Part shown: one piece after another, positions 37,363 through 45,970 of the stretch
Numbering within the stretch: the first letter of the stretch is position 1
Layout: the number at the start of each line of letters is the position of its first letter
Assembly: GCA_036568005.1 (NCBI GenBank)
Contig: DATCTJ010000026.1
Span: forward strand, 4,142 to 68,141
Source: Lutibacter sp.
GTDB lineage: Bacteria > Bacteroidota > Bacteroidia > Flavobacteriales > Flavobacteriaceae
Length of the DNA stretch: 64,000 bases
Direction: 5' to 3'
Program-made: the position numbers and the translations under genes
The notes under the pieces: model-generated
What the model was told of the DNA's origin: nothing
Seen by the model: only the letters and a program-made list of their open reading frames with translations
Database searches by the model: none

Positions 37363-39636
37363 TTATTTCAGCGTAAAGGTTGTTTCAAGCAACGATTCAC
37401 TATTTGTCCCCACAAAAAGTTTAAATTCACCAGCCTCAGCTTTAAAACTCATATCTTTCGTATAAAACGCTAGGTCATCAGAAGTTAGGGTGAAAGTCAC
37501 TTTTTTAGATTCTTTTGGCATCAGCATTATTTTTTCAAAGCGTTTAAGTTCTTTTAAAGGCAGGGTAACACTCGCTACCATATCCCTCATATAAAGTTGC
37601 ACAACTTCTTCACCTTTAACAGTTCCGGTGTTTGTAACCTTTACGCTAATGTTTATAGTTTCTTTAAATGCATACGTTTTTTTATCTACAGCGAAATCTG
37701 TGTATTTAAATGTAGTGTAACTCAATCCATAGCCAAACGGATAAAGTGGTGAATTGGAAACGTCGAGGTATCTTGAACGGAATTTTTGTTCAGGGCCATT
37801 CAATTCATATGGTCTTCCAGTATTTTTTACATTATAATAAATAGGGATTTGGCCAACATTTCTTGGGAAGGTCATAGTTAATTTCCCTGAAGGATTTGCA
37901 TCTCCAAAAATTAAATCTGCAATGGCATAACCGCCCATTGTTCCAGGGAACCAGGCTTCTAAAATAGCATCCATATTTTCGTTTTCCCATTCCAGTGTTA
38001 AAGGTCTTCCGTTCATTAATACCAACACCATCGGTTTGCCTAATTTTTTAATAGCCATTAACAATTCTTTTTGATTTCCTGGTAAGTCAAGATTTGTTCT
38101 GCTTGCTGCTTCGCCTGACATTCCTTCGGATTCTCCCATAACCATCACTACCACATCTGCTTTTTTAGCGATGTTTATCGCATTTTGAAAATCGGCAGTA
38201 TCTTCTGAATTTATTTCACATCCCTGCGCAAACAAAAGATTTGCCTGATTTGTAATTTTTCCTTTGAAACCTTCCAAGACAGTTACCGGTTTTGTATATC
38301 GGTCACCAGCTGCAGACCAGGATCCAATAATATTGTATTTGTCATTTGCCAATGGACCAATTAAGGCAACTTTTTTATCTTTGGAAATAGGAAGTGTTTG
38401 CTTGCTATTTTTCAAAAGCACGCTCGATTTTCTTGCCATATCTCTTGCCGCCTCAAGGTGTTCGGGCGTCATTAGCAATTCCTTTTCTCTTGTTTCATCA
38501 CAGTATCGGTAAGGATCTGAAAACAAGCCCAATTTATATTTTAAGGCTAAAATTCTTCTCGCTGCGGTTGTAACCTGTTGTTCTGTCACTTTCCCATCAG
38601 CAATTAGCTCTTTTAAATAGTCCATATAAGCACCACCTTGCATATCCATATCCACACCCGCATTTATGGCGATATCAGCTGCTTCCTTATTGTCTTTTGC
38701 CACGCCGTGAGGGACTAATTCATTTATGGAGGTGTAATCGGTGACCACAAATCCTTCAAACCCCCATTCATTTCTTAAAATATCTGTCAGCAAGTATTTA
38801 TTTCCGCTTGCGGGTACGCCATTTACATCATTAAAAGCAGTCATAAAAGTGGAAACCCCAGCATCAACAGTCGCTTTAAAAGGAGGTAAATAAGTGGTTC
38901 TTAATTCCCTGTCAGACATATCAACTGTATTGTAATCTCTACCAGCAATGGCGGCACCATAGGCTGCATAATGTTTTGCACAAGCCAAAATGGTATTTGT
39001 TGCAAATAAATCGTCTCCCTGAAAAGCTTTCACTCTTGCTTTGGCTATTTCTGAACCCAAATAAACATCTTCTCCCGATCCTTCTGAAACCCTTCCCCAA
39101 CGCGCATCTCTTGAGATGTCAACCATAGGGGCAAAAGTCCAATGAATTCCTTCTGCGGAAGCTTCTGTAGCTGCAATACGCGCACTATTTTCAATGGCTT
39201 TTAAATCCCAGCTTGAAGATTCTCCCAAGGAAATAGGAAAAATTGTACGATGTCCGTGAATCACGTCATAACCGAACAATAGCGGAATACCAAGTCGGGT
39301 ATTTTCAACAGCGAGCTGTTGTAATTCTCTGGTAAAATCAACCGTGTAAGCATTAAAAATATTGCCAACTTTTCCTGCTTTAATTAAATTTTTATAATTA
39401 TCGTTAATGGTTGGCCCCGTTTTTTCCCAGTCGGTTGACAAAAGAACCAGTTGCCCAATTTTTTCATCAAGTGTCATCATTTTGGTCAAACTGTCTAAAA
39501 AAGATTCCATTTTTGCATCAGATTTAGTTTCAGGAGTGCTGCTTAAATCTTGTTTAGCAACGACCGTCTTTTCTGTACAGCTTATAAATCCAAGCAGTAT
39601 GGCAAAAAATGGAATGATGATGTATTTAATTTTCAT
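37363..39636 (-). CDS. bglX: Glycoside hydrolase family 3 beta-glucosidase (BglX-like)
   Basis: KIGQL, GIPLLFGYDVIHG, KHYAAYG and the nucleophile context GFVVTDY, plus a C-terminal FnIII-like domain (PLYPFGYGLSYT). Confidence 0.9.
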   Translation of the reverse strand: MKIKYIIIPFFAILLGFISCTEKTVVAKQDLSSTPETKSDAKMESFLDSLTKMMTLDEKIGQLVLLSTDWEKTGPTINDNYKNLIKAGKVGNIFNAYTVDFTRELQQLAVENTRLGIPLLFGYDVIHGHRTIFPISLGESSSWDLKAIENSARIAATEASAEGIHWTFAPMVDISRDARWGRVSEGSGEDVYLGSEIAKARVKAFQGDDLFATNTILACAKHYAAYGAAIAGRDYNTVDMSDRELRTTYLPPFKATVDAGVSTFMTAFNDVNGVPASGNKYLLTDILRNEWGFEGFVVTDYTSINELVPHGVAKDNKEAADIAINAGVDMDMQGGAYMDYLKELIADGKVTEQQVTTAARRILALKYKLGLFSDPYRYCDETREKELLMTPEHLEAARDMARKSSVLLKNSKQTLPISKDKKVALIGPLANDKYNIIGSWSAAGDRYTKPVTVLEGFKGKITNQANLLFAQGCEINSEDTADFQNAINIAKKADVVVMVMGESEGMSGEAASRTNLDLPGNQKELLMAIKKLGKPMVLVLMNGRPLTLEWENENMDAILEAWFPGTMGGYAIADLIFGDANPSGKLTMTFPRNVGQIPIYYNVKNTGRPYELNGPEQKFRSRYLDVSNSPLYPFGYGLSYTTFKYTDFAVDKKTYAFKETINISVKVTNTGTVKGEEVVQLYMRDMVASVTLPLKELKRFEKIMLMPKESKKVTFTLTSDDLAFYTKDMSFKAEAGEFKLFVGTNSESLLETTFTLK

Positions 39637-39683
39637 TTTATTTTAAATTTTTAAGCACAAGTAAATCGCAAACAGATTTTCTA

Positions 39684-41036
39684 TTAAAAATGCGGACTTG
39701 TAAATTCTAATTTTTTTAATCCTGCCTGCACTTCCGGACTCGACATAAATAAATCCCAAAGCAATCCGGTTCGGTGATTTTCAATCATAATAATTATTGG
39801 CCCTTGGTCAATAGCCAAATAATTTGTGGCATACCAATTTTCTGTCTGGTTAAAAGCATCATAAAATCCGTAATCTCCCCATAGTTTTCCATCGAAATTA
39901 TAATAGAAATTTCGCATTGCTTGCATAGAATATTCTGGCGTATAGGGAAATGATGACAATGCTGCTGTTGGGGAAATAACACCTAAATCATTTGTTGGAC
40001 TGTGGGCCGAATAACCTTGGTGGTCGTCGCTTGCTGTGAGCCCCCAATTTTCCGCGCCATATCCAACAAATTGTTTCGGATTACTAACACAATATTCTCG
40101 ATTTATAAGTGTATGACTTACGTTTTGATCCCAATAATTTGCGTATTTATCAGCCAAATTTCTCGGATCTAATCCTAAAAAAGAATAATGCGCAAAAAAT
40201 AGAGGTCCGCCATAACTTGGTCCCAATGGCAACTTCCATTTTTGATAATACACCGTGCCATTTGTAAATTCATTTCCTTTTGTCCAGCCATTTTGATAAG
40301 CAGTTTTGTTTATCGCATGGTTTGTTGATGATGCAGCCAGCACATAGGTTATAAGGGCTTCATCATAGCCTGTTATTTCATGATTTATGGCCCAGCCATA
40401 ATTTGGAGACCAATGCCAAATCAAGACATCTTTATTATTGGTGTACCAATCCCATTCTACTTCATTCCACAATTGGTTAATTTTAGTCCGAAGTGAATTT
40501 TCTAGCGTGTTGTCCTTGTTAAAATATTGGCGAACTGTTAATAAACCCTGAATCAAAAAGGAGGTTTCAACAATATCGCCACCATCATCTGTTGAGAAAA
40601 AAGGTCTCACTTTTCCCGTATCTCCATAATACCAATGTGGAAAAGCCCCGTGAAAACGATCAGCTTTTAATAAAAAATCGGTTATTTTATGCAAACGTTC
40701 TATGGCTTGATCTCTTGTAATATAATTTCTTTCAACGCCTACAACAATGGCCATTACGCCAAAACCGCTTCCGCCTGTGGTAACAATGTTAGAAGCTTCC
40801 CCTCCGTAAGCTTCTACGTTTGATCGCTCTAAGGCCAAACCACTTACAGGATGTGCAAAATCCCAAAAATACTTAAACGTGTTTTTTTGTACCAAATCCA
40901 TCAACTCGGTATCAGTAAGTTGTTGCGGCAGTGGATCAGTTGGATTTGTGTTGTTTTCACTTCCGGAACAAGATTGTAAGGAGGTGTAAAACAGACAAAA
41001 AGCTATTAATGTAAATATGCGGGATGTAAGTTTCAT
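39684..41036 (-). CDS. Lipoprotein of the putative-glucoamylase (Pfam Glycoamylase) / GH144 endo-beta-1,2-glucanase-like family
   Basis: Lipobox LQS-C. W/Y-rich (alpha/alpha)6-like sequence with the N-terminal motif FKYFWDFAHPVSGLALERS. Family assigned from memory of homologs annotated as glucoamylase family protein. Confidence 0.55.
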   Translation of the reverse strand: MKLTSRIFTLIAFCLFYTSLQSCSGSENNTNPTDPLPQQLTDTELMDLVQKNTFKYFWDFAHPVSGLALERSNVEAYGGEASNIVTTGGSGFGVMAIVVGVERNYITRDQAIERLHKITDFLLKADRFHGAFPHWYYGDTGKVRPFFSTDDGGDIVETSFLIQGLLTVRQYFNKDNTLENSLRTKINQLWNEVEWDWYTNNKDVLIWHWSPNYGWAINHEITGYDEALITYVLAASSTNHAINKTAYQNGWTKGNEFTNGTVYYQKWKLPLGPSYGGPLFFAHYSFLGLDPRNLADKYANYWDQNVSHTLINREYCVSNPKQFVGYGAENWGLTASDDHQGYSAHSPTNDLGVISPTAALSSFPYTPEYSMQAMRNFYYNFDGKLWGDYGFYDAFNQTENWYATNYLAIDQGPIIIMIENHRTGLLWDLFMSSPEVQAGLKKLEFTSPHF

Positions 41037-41060
41037 GTGTCTATATCATTTTTTTTAAAG

Positions 41061-41165
41061 GTCATCTTTCGACTGTGCCCAGCACAAACATGCTGCCTTC
41101 CGCAGGCAGGTTCGCTGTCAGTCATTTCGTTGGGTAATACACCTTTTACCATGCTTGTTTCCTAA
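41061..41165 (-). repeat. Diverged copy E of the intra-operonic repeat unit (minus orientation, contains the GC palindrome)
   Basis: The reverse complement reads GAAACAAGCATGG ... AATGACTGACAGCGAACCTGCCTGCGGAAGGCAGCATGT ... AAGATGAC. This is colinear with GAAACGAGCAT ... GATGATTAATGGCGAACCTACCTGCGGCAGGCAGGCAGCATCTGT ... CAGATGAAA of copy B. Confidence 0.55.
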
Positions 41166-41305
41166 CTTATTAAAGTCAATAATAAAAGGAATGAACCTTT
41201 TTAAAATTAAATTTCTATAACCAAAAGACTTTTTACCTAAAATTTGGTTGTCAACATTAAAATAATGCTGTGTGCAACAGTGCAAAAAGTCTTTTGATTA
41301 ATTTT

Positions 41306-42763
41306 TTAGTAACCTGGATTTTGTACCAATAATCCTTTACTTAAATCAATTTGGGCTTGTGGTATTGGAAATAGTTCGTGTTTTCCATCCACAAAATTTT
41401 TGCCGTGAGCTCTAAGCACTGCGCCTGCCCTTCCTTGACGCACCAAATCGAAATAACGATCGTGTTCAAAGGCAAGTTCTAACCTGCGTTCTTTCCAGAT
41501 AGCCATTCTATCTACTACAGGAGCGTCTCCTAAACCAGCTCTATGCCTAACTCTATTTAACGGAGTAGCAGCATCACCACCAACTTCTATTGAAGCTTCA
41601 GCATTCATTAAAAGCACTTCGGCATATCTTAAGATACGGACGTTTTTATTTGATTCCCAGTCGTTTCCATTAAAAGTTTCTGCAGTTTTGCTCACATAAG
41701 CTTTTTGGTTGTACATTGGGTTTGAAACTGTATTCGCTACCAAAAGCCCATCCCATAAGGTTTCCCCTCTAAAAATAATGGTGGCATCCCTTCTGGTATC
41801 ACCAGCTTCATAGGCATTCGCCAAATCTTGGCTTGGTGTATTAAAACCCCAGCCCCAGCCACCGGCACCACGGGCGCCCTGACTCACAAAATAGCCTTGA
41901 ACACCTTTGTTGGGCGTTTCGCCTCTTGCCTGAATTTCAAATATAGATTCTATGTTGTTTTCACTGATTTCTTTCCAAATATCCTCATAATTGGTTGTTA
42001 AATCATAGCCCATACCCATTACCTGGGTGGTTAAATCTTTTACTTTTTGCCAACGATCTGGGTCTTCCAAATTATACATATGTACTTTTGCCAATAAGGC
42101 CAAAGCAGCTCCTTTGGTAGCCCTACCAAGATCTGCAGCACCATATTGTGTTGGTAAGTCGGCAGCAGCATCTGTTAGATCTGCTATAATAAATTCATAA
42201 ATTTCCTTTCTGGTAACTCTTATGTTTGCGGCATTGATATCATCTTCGTTTTGGATATCAGGCACACTATTAATTAAAGGAACCCCTCCAAACATTCTTG
42301 CCAATCTGAAATAGAATAAGCCTCTTAGAAATTTACTTTCCCCAATCAATCTACTTTTAAGGGTTTCATCAATATCTAAATCGGGTAGATATTTAAGCGC
42401 TTCATTTGCCCTGGCAATACCTTGATAATTTCCTTCCCAAACTTCATTAAAAGAGATTGTTGTACCAGAAAAATTTAAATTATCCAATAAATCTTTATCA
42501 CCTCCAGTATCACCGGGATCACTTCCTTTATCTGCATCATCAGTAGTAATGCTACTTACTCCAATCCATGAAAATGAGCTGATATTCCAATCTAACAATT
42601 TATTATAGGTTGCATTTACCAATTCTGTTGCAGCCGTTGGGCTTGATAAAGCTTGTTCGGGAGTTTCTGTTGACGGATTTACGTCAAGAAAATCGTTGTC
42701 ATTACAAGATAAGAAAGCCAAAAGCATCAAACTTGTAATTAATATGTTTATATTTTTTTTCAT
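41306..42763 (-). CDS. susD: SusD/RagB-family nutrient-binding outer-membrane lipoprotein
   Basis: Lipobox FLS-C, directly downstream of the SusC-like gene, with the typical C-terminus (ERRLELAFEHDRYFDLVR ... FPIPQ). Confidence 0.9.
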   Translation of the reverse strand: MKKNINILITSLMLLAFLSCNDNDFLDVNPSTETPEQALSSPTAATELVNATYNKLLDWNISSFSWIGVSSITTDDADKGSDPGDTGGDKDLLDNLNFSGTTISFNEVWEGNYQGIARANEALKYLPDLDIDETLKSRLIGESKFLRGLFYFRLARMFGGVPLINSVPDIQNEDDINAANIRVTRKEIYEFIIADLTDAAADLPTQYGAADLGRATKGAALALLAKVHMYNLEDPDRWQKVKDLTTQVMGMGYDLTTNYEDIWKEISENNIESIFEIQARGETPNKGVQGYFVSQGARGAGGWGWGFNTPSQDLANAYEAGDTRRDATIIFRGETLWDGLLVANTVSNPMYNQKAYVSKTAETFNGNDWESNKNVRILRYAEVLLMNAEASIEVGGDAATPLNRVRHRAGLGDAPVVDRMAIWKERRLELAFEHDRYFDLVRQGRAGAVLRAHGKNFVDGKHELFPIPQAQIDLSKGLLVQNPGY

Positions 42764-42775
42764 AAAGCCAAAAAT

Positions 42776-45745
42776 TTAAAAATTTATATTAACGCCTAAC
42801 ATATAAGATGATACTGAAGGGTAAGCATCTAACTCAATTCCAGAACTTCCCATAGGATCTCCATTACCCGGTAATTCAGGTGTAAATCCCGTAAAACTTT
42901 TGATGATGAAAGGATTTTGCGCCAATGCATAGATTCTTATTTTCTGAATTTCCTCTAATATTTTAGGTAAGGTATAGCCTAGGGAAATATTATTTATTCT
43001 AAAAAAGTCGCCACTTTCTAAAAAGTAGGTGGAAGAAGGGGGAACTGCATTGGATGGTTTCGGATTTTGACTAGAGGTATTTGAAAGAGAAAACGAATTA
43101 TCAGCAACACGTTGCTCAATATTTTCACCTCCAAAGCGCTGTGCTTTTTTACCATTATATACCATACCACCGGCACTTCCATAGCCATCAATGTTTAAAT
43201 CCCATTTATTGTAGTTTAATCCAATATTTATACCATAGAAAATATCTGGTTGTGAAGAGCCAAAAAATTGGCGATCCTGATCGGTAATTTGATTGTCCTT
43301 ATTAAAGTCATTATAAATAAATTCACCGCGTTCATCTATTCCTAATACTTCTAGAAGATAAAAACTACCAACTGGTTCCCCTTCTCTCAATAATTTTGTG
43401 TATTCTCCATTACCAATATTTCCCCCTTTTTGTTCAAAGGCAAATTCATTGGTTATTTTTTCCAATTCATTTTTATTTGTGGTTAAATTACCACCAATAT
43501 TATAATTGAACTTATCATTAATTTTATCTTTCCAGTTTAAAGCGAATTCAAACCCCTTATTTCTAATTTTACCTGCATGGGTAAGCGTTGTGCCACTTGC
43601 ACCAAAAGCTTGGGGTAAGCTAATCGGTAATATTGCATTTCTGTTTAGGCGGTTGTAATAATCTATTTCTCCGGTAAGACGGTTGTTAAGAAAACCAAAC
43701 TCAATACCAAAATCAATTTCTTGGGTTACTTCCCAGCTTACATCTTCATCAATAATAGCAGTAATGGTTGAACCTTGTACAATCTCCTGATTTGGACCTA
43801 ATACATAACTAAGATCATTATTAAAAGTTAGTACATTTAGCGGTATATTTTGGTTCCCCAATTCGCCCCAACTTGCTCTTAATTTTAAATTGTCCAAAAA
43901 TTCAACATTTTCTAAAAAGCTTTCTTTTGAAATAACCCATCCTAAACCAACAGAGGGAAAATTACCCCAATTTTTATCTTTATTTGCAAATACGCTTGAA
44001 CCATCTCTTCTAATAGTGGCAGTTACTAAATATTTATGCATATAATCATAACTCATCCTAGCAAAATATGAACGTAATCGCTCTTTATCCGATAATTTGC
44101 TATCATCATTATTTAGTTCTTCAGAACCTACATCACCGTTTTGTAGAGAAAATAGGTCTGAATCCTCTGGAACATTATTCCTGCTAATTTTAATCTGATC
44201 ATCTTGTTTTTCTTCAGAAGTCGTGCCTAACACAATTTTAAAATTATGGGCATCGTCAAAAGTTTTATCATAGGTAAAAAATGCGTCATATACCCAATGG
44301 TAATAATCACTTTTACTTGATGTTAAAGTATTTAGGTTGGTTGAATCATAATCTATAACTTCCCTGCTAGGATCACCAGCCAAAAAGGCATCAAGATTAT
44401 TGACAAAATTATAGGATTTTCCATACCCGCTTTCAATACCAAAACTGGTGTTGAATTTTAAATTATCCATAATTTTATATTCAGCAGTAATATTTCCCTG
44501 AATAATTAAATTTTTAATCAACTCATTACTTAAATCAAGCTGAGAAACCGGATTCCCAACGTTGTTATATTGGGCGCCTAAATCATCAAATGGAACCCCA
44601 TATCTTCCCGCAAATACACCATCAGCATAACGAACTGGAACCAATGGGGATTGTTTGTAGGCGTTTGTGAATGCGCTGTATGGCTTAGGTGTTGAGCGAT
44701 TTAAAGACAACGAAATATTATGCCCGAATTTTAATTTAGAAGAAATATTATAATCAACCTTATTTCTTAAATTTAACCTTCTGTAATCGTTGCCAATTAA
44801 AATTCCTTCTTCTTCATAAAAATTTGCACTAAAAAAAGCCATTGTTTTTTCATTTCCGCCACTTACGGAAATATTATGATTCATAACACTACCTGTTCTG
44901 GTAATTTCATCAAACCAATCGGTGTTGTATTGTGGATTTGCAGAAAAACGATTGTATCCGAAAGCGGTGTTAGAAAAGTTTGTATATGATGATGCATCGG
45001 CCATATTTACTTTACTTAATACTGTTTTAGCCCCATAATAAGAGGAAACATCCACTTTTATTTTACCTTCTTTACCTGATTTTGTGGTGACCATGACAAC
45101 ACCATTGGCTCCTCTGCTACCATAAATGGCCAATGAAGAAGCATCTTTTAAAATATCCATAGAAACAATGTCTTCACTATTTATATTGTCTATTCTATCT
45201 GTAATTATACCATCCACAACATAAATAGGGTCTCGACCTGCCATTACAGTCCCAGTTCCTCTAATCCGCACCACAGGAGAACTTCCAGGAGCACCAGAGC
45301 TAATAATTTGAACACCCGAAGCTTTTCCTTGCAAAGATTGGGCGGCCGTTAAAGATGGCTGTTTCAAAAGATCTTCAGATTTAATGCTGGTAATTGAACC
45401 GGTTAAATCTCTTTTTTGAACAGAGCCATATCCAATCACAACAACTTCCTCTAAATTCTCGGCGCTGTCTTCAAGCAAAACATTAATAATGTTAGCCGTT
45501 CCAACCACAATTTCTTTTGGTTTCATTCCAATATAGCTAAAAACCAATATGTCATTATTAGCAGCATTAATGGCATAATTTCCATCAAAATCAGTTATAA
45601 CTCCTTTGGTTGTATTTTTTATTAAAACATTTACCGAAGGAATAGGTACTCCATCTGATGAAGTAACTTTACCTGAAACAGTTCTTTCCTGAGCAAAAAT
45701 TAAGAAAGGAAGGAATAATAAGGCATAAATTATCTTTGTTTTCAT
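42776..45745 (-). CDS. susC: SusC/RagA-family TonB-dependent outer-membrane transporter
   Basis: Carboxypeptidase-regulatory-like N-terminal domain (VSGKVTSSDGVPIPSVNVLIKNTTKGVITDFDGNY), plug (VVVIGYGSVQKRDLTGS; IYGSRGANGVVMVTTK) and a C-terminal beta-barrel ending in F. Confidence 0.9.
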   Translation of the reverse strand: MKTKIIYALLFLPFLIFAQERTVSGKVTSSDGVPIPSVNVLIKNTTKGVITDFDGNYAINAANNDILVFSYIGMKPKEIVVGTANIINVLLEDSAENLEEVVVIGYGSVQKRDLTGSITSIKSEDLLKQPSLTAAQSLQGKASGVQIISSGAPGSSPVVRIRGTGTVMAGRDPIYVVDGIITDRIDNINSEDIVSMDILKDASSLAIYGSRGANGVVMVTTKSGKEGKIKVDVSSYYGAKTVLSKVNMADASSYTNFSNTAFGYNRFSANPQYNTDWFDEITRTGSVMNHNISVSGGNEKTMAFFSANFYEEEGILIGNDYRRLNLRNKVDYNISSKLKFGHNISLSLNRSTPKPYSAFTNAYKQSPLVPVRYADGVFAGRYGVPFDDLGAQYNNVGNPVSQLDLSNELIKNLIIQGNITAEYKIMDNLKFNTSFGIESGYGKSYNFVNNLDAFLAGDPSREVIDYDSTNLNTLTSSKSDYYHWVYDAFFTYDKTFDDAHNFKIVLGTTSEEKQDDQIKISRNNVPEDSDLFSLQNGDVGSEELNNDDSKLSDKERLRSYFARMSYDYMHKYLVTATIRRDGSSVFANKDKNWGNFPSVGLGWVISKESFLENVEFLDNLKLRASWGELGNQNIPLNVLTFNNDLSYVLGPNQEIVQGSTITAIIDEDVSWEVTQEIDFGIEFGFLNNRLTGEIDYYNRLNRNAILPISLPQAFGASGTTLTHAGKIRNKGFEFALNWKDKINDKFNYNIGGNLTTNKNELEKITNEFAFEQKGGNIGNGEYTKLLREGEPVGSFYLLEVLGIDERGEFIYNDFNKDNQITDQDRQFFGSSQPDIFYGINIGLNYNKWDLNIDGYGSAGGMVYNGKKAQRFGGENIEQRVADNSFSLSNTSSQNPKPSNAVPPSSTYFLESGDFFRINNISLGYTLPKILEEIQKIRIYALAQNPFIIKSFTGFTPELPGNGDPMGSSGIELDAYPSVSSYMLGVNINF

Positions 45746-45970
45746 TTAAATTAATTTAATGTTAAGTAATTGTTAAAGTTAAAGGGTTTATGCTTTTTTA
45801 AAAAAAATATACATACACTTTAGTTACGCCACATTAATTTAAAAAGAGGTTTTTTCTGAAAGACGTATTACTAAGCAGGTTATTTTATCAGTAAATAGCT
45901 ATATAAATATTTAAATGAAGTAGTAATGACGTAGTATTTAATACTAAAACAACAAGAAAATGCCGTGGTA